DNA from: a virus
Lineage: Duplodnaviria > Caudoviricetes
Reading direction: 5' to 3' (one strand)
Virus record (IMG/VR): IMGVR_UViG_3300039076_000040
Span: 1-28,612 of that record
DNA length: 28,612 nucleotides
The notes beneath the pieces are model-generated. The model ran no database searches and was not told where the DNA came from. It saw nothing but the letters and a program-made list of their open reading frames with translations. Position numbers and translations under genes: made by a program. This document shows, piece after piece, positions 24,291 to 28,612 of this stretch (position 1 is its first letter; every line of letters starts with the position of its first letter).

Positions 24291-25871
24291 ATGGCAGGAA
24301 TTAAAATAGTAAACTTACCCGCGTTAGGCAGAAACTTAGCGTCAACAGACCTATTCGAGCTGTCATTGGCAGGGGGTACCGGTAGCCGTAAGATCACCGG
24401 ACAAGAAATTATCAGTGCAATCCCATCGGGAATCACAATAGGAACGACTGCAATCACATCGGGTACTGTTGGACGTGTATTGTTTGAAGGTACGGGAAAT
24501 GTAGTGAGTGAATCGGCTAACTTGTTTTGGGATAATACGAATGTAGCATTACAATTAGGAACAACCTCAACACGCATATTTACTTTTAGACCACAAGATA
24601 CTACAAGTATTTATGGTAATTCATCTTCAATTAGAGGAGGACAAAGTGGAAGAATTGATTTTTGTAGTGCAACTGATTTAACACACATTTCAGATGGTAG
24701 AATTTTATTAAGTGTAGGAGCAAGCGTCAATGGTCCTTACTTACAAATCGGAGCAACAAATATTGTATTTGCTATTGCAGCAGCTGAAAGAGCAAGATTC
24801 GCAGCAACAACGGGTAATTTCCTAATCAACACCACCACAGACGCAGGATTCAAGCTTGACGTTAATGGTACTGCGAGGGTGAGTGGGAATACTACTATTT
24901 TGACAAATGGTGGTAGGTTAACTTTGCAACAAAGCATTTTGGGTACAGCATTTAATGGAATAAATTTTAATGACTTCTCGGGAGCTATAAATTCATCAAT
25001 ATTAAATAACCAAAACACGGGAGAATTTAGAATATATACGGGTGCTTCGTATTTTCCTACGTTCTACTCAAATAATGCCGAGCGAATGCGTATTGATACT
25101 TCGGGTAACGTAGGTATTGGAACGAGTACGCCGCAATATAAATTTCACGTTAATGTAGCAGACGTAACATACTCTACAATATTTAGTTCAACAACGGGTA
25201 GCGTTCGTTTTTTACCATATTTATCTTCCGTATATGGTGCAAATATATCAACCTTAAATGCGGGACAAACCGCACAAATACCTTTATCTTTAAGTGCCAA
25301 TAAGTTTATTTTTGAGAATGGCAACGTCCTCATCGGAACAACAACCGATGCGGGTTTCAAGCTTGACGTTAATGGGACTGCGAGGGTGCAAGGTCGTCTT
25401 CAGATAGGCACTCCTTCTACAACGGGTGAAGTTTTTGCAAATGGAAATACTACTCTAAGTATTGGAGGAGGGCAAATTACAAATGCAATTACATTTAGTC
25501 AAATAAATGACGGAAGAATCCCTATTAATAATGCGGAAGGCTCATTAGCATTAATGACTATTAGTCAGCGTAATATTGGTGGTGGCAATGGTTTTGGCAA
25601 TGTTATAAGAATGACGGGTGCTGTTGAAAATACTATAAATACAAATACATTCAACAATATTCAAACAAACACCGTTATAAATACTTCGGGTGGTACAACA
25701 ATTTATCGAGGTTTTTATCACAATCCAACATTAACCGCAACGGTAGGGGTTACGCACTATGCCTTCCATTCCACAAGCGGACGAGTAAGACTCGAGGGTC
25801 TGCCTACCTCACCTGCGGGACTTAGTGCAGGGGACTTATATAATAACTCAGGAGTTTTAATGATAGTATAA
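24291..25871 (+). CDS. Modular fibre/receptor-binding protein 3
   Basis: 526 aa; first ~83 aa almost identical to fibre 1, two repeats, different C-terminus (LPTS.AGL..GDLYNNSGVL). Confidence 0.85.
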   Translation: MAGIKIVNLPALGRNLASTDLFELSLAGGTGSRKITGQEIISAIPSGITIGTTAITSGTVGRVLFEGTGNVVSESANLFWDNTNVALQLGTTSTRIFTFRPQDTTSIYGNSSSIRGGQSGRIDFCSATDLTHISDGRILLSVGASVNGPYLQIGATNIVFAIAAAERARFAATTGNFLINTTTDAGFKLDVNGTARVSGNTTILTNGGRLTLQQSILGTAFNGINFNDFSGAINSSILNNQNTGEFRIYTGASYFPTFYSNNAERMRIDTSGNVGIGTSTPQYKFHVNVADVTYSTIFSSTTGSVRFLPYLSSVYGANISTLNAGQTAQIPLSLSANKFIFENGNVLIGTTTDAGFKLDVNGTARVQGRLQIGTPSTTGEVFANGNTTLSIGGGQITNAITFSQINDGRIPINNAEGSLALMTISQRNIGGGNGFGNVIRMTGAVENTINTNTFNNIQTNTVINTSGGTTIYRGFYHNPTLTATVGVTHYAFHSTSGRVRLEGLPTSPAGLSAGDLYNNSGVLMIV

Positions 25872-26365
25872 TGAAAGAAAAAATAACCATATTTATCGTA
25901 GCGTTCGTGTCTATTTTATCACCGGTAGAGCTGTCGGTGATCTGCCTAATGGGTATCATCTTTATTGATACCATCGTAAAACTAATCTCACTTAAGTATA
26001 TCGCTAAGAGAGATAATAGAAAGTATAGAGATGTATTTGAGTCTAAGATGCTTAGACGTGGTTATATATTTAAGTCACTTGGATACGCGTTCTTAGCAGT
26101 CCCATTATTTCCACTTGACTACTACGTATTGACACCATTCTTGGATGTCGTTTTAAAAGCATTAGACTACGATATCTTACTTAATAAAGCTGTTTTTACA
26201 AACGGTATATTGATCATATTCTCAATTATTGAGCTTGCGTCTATCAATGAGAATTGGTTTGACATCTCAGGAAACAATGTACTAAGTGGTGTTTGGTTGA
26301 CTGTTAAAAAGATCCGTAGAGCTGCAGAGGGTGTAGCAGAGACATACAGAAACATAAAGAAATAA
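25871..26365 (+). CDS. Holin
   Basis: 3-4 TM segments, SKMLRRG..K, E..SINEN and a basic C-terminus; precedes the lysin candidate. Confidence 0.75.
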   Translation: MKEKITIFIVAFVSILSPVELSVICLMGIIFIDTIVKLISLKYIAKRDNRKYRDVFESKMLRRGYIFKSLGYAFLAVPLFPLDYYVLTPFLDVVLKALDYDILLNKAVFTNGILIIFSIIELASINENWFDISGNNVLSGVWLTVKKIRRAAEGVAETYRNIKK

Positions 26366-26367
26366 AA

Positions 26368-26943
26368 ATGGTTCGTACATTCAAAGATATAGAGCTCTTA
26401 GATAGAGTCAAACAACTCGACTCTTATAAAGAGATACCTACCGGCTATTGGCTATTGGGTGTTAGGTCTAAAGAAGACACACCAAATAAGTTTGACGATA
26501 AGATATACCTATTCAAGGGCGAAGAGTTCATAGAGGTAACAACAGCTACAACCAATCCGGGAACACCTACACTAAATCAATTTGAGAAGGTTAATAACGA
26601 TGGTGCTGCTATAGTTAAGTCTGATGAGTGGTACTACAAGCTTTGGAAGTACGGAAAGCACAACGGGAAGGTAGAGGCATTGCTTCAACTAGGTAGCAAG
26701 ATAAAAGTATACCGTGATACCGACAAAGACGTTAAGTCTGAGGAACAGGGTAAGCTACAAGAAGGATACTACGGTATCAACTTCCATCCTAACACTTATA
26801 ACCTAGATGGTGTATCAGGAGATAGTATTGGATGGTACTCAGCCGGATGCCAAGTGGTAAACAACTTGACTAAGTACAAGACCATGATCAGGTTATTGAA
26901 GACTGAGAAGTTAGTTACTTACTGCTTAATAAATGAGTTCTAA
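26368..26943 (+). CDS. Putative endolysin with L,D-transpeptidase (YkuD)-like His/Cys motif
   Basis: GINFH-x17-SAGCQV; positioned between holin and spanin. Confidence 0.6.
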   Translation: MVRTFKDIELLDRVKQLDSYKEIPTGYWLLGVRSKEDTPNKFDDKIYLFKGEEFIEVTTATTNPGTPTLNQFEKVNNDGAAIVKSDEWYYKLWKYGKHNGKVEALLQLGSKIKVYRDTDKDVKSEEQGKLQEGYYGINFHPNTYNLDGVSGDSIGWYSAGCQVVNNLTKYKTMIRLLKTEKLVTYCLINEF

Positions 26944-27224
26944 TGAGAAACAAACTAGCAGGTACCAAGACAGGTACATCGAAGACAGCTAAGTACTACC
27001 AAGGTAATACGGAGGCGCGTAAGAAGAAATTAGCTTACGACTCTAAGTACCAAGACACTCCGTCAAGACAAAAGTATAGAGCGGAGCTACAAAAAATAAA
27101 TAGAGAGAAGGGTACGCACGGAAATGGAGACGGAAAGGACGTAGCACATACCTCAAAGACCAAGACCCGTATGCAAGCTCAATCTAAAAACCGCGCTGAT
27201 AAGAAGCGCTCATTCTTTAAATAA
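26943..27224 (+). CDS. Basic protein with degenerate HNH-like C-terminus
   Basis: GDGKDVAH...KNRA; Lys/Arg-rich. Confidence 0.65.
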   Translation: MRNKLAGTKTGTSKTAKYYQGNTEARKKKLAYDSKYQDTPSRQKYRAELQKINREKGTHGNGDGKDVAHTSKTKTRMQAQSKNRADKKRSFFK

Positions 27225-27670
27225 TGAAACGAATTGCGCTCATATTTGTTACAGTGCACCTATTATTTTCGTGCTCTGCAAGATATCATCTTAATAAGGC
27301 TATTAAGAAGGGTTATAAGTGTGAGGAGGTATCTGATACAATCAAGATAACATCAGTAGACTCGTTCCCTGTCATCGTACACGACTCAATCGTTTGGGAG
27401 AAGGTAATCATTCAAAAGGATACAATCATTCGTAACAAGACATCCTACGTACCTAAGACGAGATTTGAGACACGCATTGAATATAAGTACAAGACAAAGT
27501 ACATAAAAGCTGAAGCTCAAAAGGTTAAGTATCAAAATAAATACATAACAAAGTACAAAACTCGTTGGTTATTCGTAATATTGTCTTTTATATTAGGTTT
27601 TTTATTAAGAGTATCACTAAGCGAAACATTCCGTAGTAGAGTCAGTCTACTTTTTAATTTATTTAAATAA
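27224..27670 (+). CDS. Unimolecular spanin candidate
   Basis: N-terminal lipobox LLFSC, beta-rich DT/DS repeats and a C-terminal TM WLFVILSFILGFLL. Confidence 0.65.
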   Translation: MKRIALIFVTVHLLFSCSARYHLNKAIKKGYKCEEVSDTIKITSVDSFPVIVHDSIVWEKVIIQKDTIIRNKTSYVPKTRFETRIEYKYKTKYIKAEAQKVKYQNKYITKYKTRWLFVILSFILGFLLRVSLSETFRSRVSLLFNLFK

Positions 27671-27675
27671 GATTT

Positions 27676-28612
27676 ATGGGTAAAAAAATGGGTCGTCCTG
27701 TAGTAAGTAAGGGTGTTCCTAGGGTTAGGCTTAATCCTCAGGAATTCGATTTGATAAAACAGTTCAGGGCAATTAAGGACAAGTCCAATGAGATGGGTCT
27801 TAACGAAAACGATGTAAAGCATGGTTGGATTAAGACAAAGGACGCATCACTATTCTTTGCCAACCCATCCTTTAACTCCGGTAAAGAACTAGACCTAGAC
27901 TTCGAGAAGATACTCGAGAGTGCTCCCAAACTAAACATAGAGAAGGTAGGCAAGAAGGTCTACGATGGAGAGTTTGACAAGCTAGTATTTACAGACGTAC
28001 ACATTGGTATGGACGCTAGCGACAAAGGGCGTTCGTTGTACCCAACAGAGTGGAACGAGGACATACTATTCGAGCGATTGGAGAAGATGGTGTCCTACAC
28101 ACTAGCCAAACAGAACAGCAACGTGCTTTACCTGCTTGACCTAGGAGACTACCTAGATGGGTTCAATGGTCAGACTACACGTGGTGGTCACTCACTGCCT
28201 CAGAACATGAGCAATCAAAAAGCGTTTGACGTAGGCTTTACGTTTAAGTCAATGCTAATAACGTACCTAGCACCATTCTACGACACCATTCACGTGCGTA
28301 ATATCTGTAACGATAACCATGCCGGAGACTTCTCTTACTTCGTAAATCAGTTCTTTAAGAAGTACATCGAGAGAGACCTAAAGAATGTTAAGGTAACCAA
28401 TCAGACACAGTTTATTGATTACGAGATAATTGGAAACTACTGCTTTGTTACTACTCACGGAAAGGACACGCACAATTTAAAGTTCGGTTTTAAACCTAAG
28501 ATTGACCCCGGGCAAATCAATAGGATTATAGGATACCTAAACACTAACCAACTACTTAATAAAGGTTACGAGATAATCTTTGAGAAGGGTGACAGCCACG
28601 TGTACCTATTTG
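27676..28612 (+). CDS. Calcineurin-like metallophosphoesterase (runs off the window)
   Basis: Manual translation: FTDVHIG, DLGDYLDG, NDNH, THG and GDSH motifs. Confidence 0.8.
   Translation, partial: MGKKMGRPVVSKGVPRVRLNPQEFDLIKQFRAIKDKSNEMGLNENDVKHGWIKTKDASLFFANPSFNSGKELDLDFEKILESAPKLNIEKVGKKVYDGEFDKLVFTDVHIGMDASDKGRSLYPTEWNEDILFERLEKMVSYTLAKQNSNVLYLLDLGDYLDGFNGQTTRGGHSLPQNMSNQKAFDVGFTFKSMLITYLAPFYDTIHVRNICNDNHAGDFSYFVNQFFKKYIERDLKNVKVTNQTQFIDYEIIGNYCFVTTHGKDTHNLKFGFKPKIDPGQINRIIGYLNTNQLLNKGYEIIFEKGDSHVYLF

Larger units (their letters stand above)
20845..25385 (+). repeat. Eight in-frame 66-nt repeats (GNVLI[N/G]TTTDAG[Y/F]KLDVNGTAR)
   Basis: Copies start at 20845, 21076, 21589, 21799, 23181, 23874, 24813 and 25320. 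Confidence 0.9.

Noticed and set aside
20845-25385. 66-nt repeats as a CRISPR array, DGR or shufflon
   Set aside because: The repeats are in-frame coding with long, irregular spacing and all direct. No cas, reverse transcriptase or invertase is in the window, and the differences are not adenine-specific.
20123-27953. Minus-strand ORFs across the fibre and lysis genes
   Set aside because: Antisense shadows that mirror the plus-strand repeats and have no leaders.

Overview
A 28.6-kb segment of a tailed dsDNA phage, most likely infecting Bacteroidota (Flavobacterium-like). The host call rests on repeated TAnnTTTG promoters, A-rich leaders without Shine-Dalgarno sequences, a BT4734/VirE-N primase-helicase and an SSB ending in LPF. 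The left arm (1-11.5 kb, minus strand) carries about 30 small early genes, then a stand-alone DnaA domain-IV-like protein, a Sak-like annealing protein, a RecE-like nuclease, SSB and primase-helicase. A GC-rich strand-switch region lies at 11.6-12.0 kb. The right arm (mostly plus strand) carries groEL-X-groES, a cluster of very basic small proteins, several virion fibre/decoration genes including three modular fibre paralogues, a lysis module (holin, YkuD-like putative endolysin, u-spanin candidate) and a truncated metallophosphoesterase. The most notable signals are: (i) three anticodon-less tRNA-like elements (acceptor stem plus T-arm) behind an rrn-like boxB/boxA leader in the early operon; (ii) two copies of an oriC-like element built from DnaA-box-variant TGTCGA 9-mers; (iii) near-complete absence of CCAG/CTGG; (iv) eight in-frame 66-nt junction repeats in the fibre genes and identical gene-junction repeats among the small genes; (v) a promoter-terminator-bounded small RNA that may be antisense to early translation starts. 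All calls come from manual reading, with no database searches.
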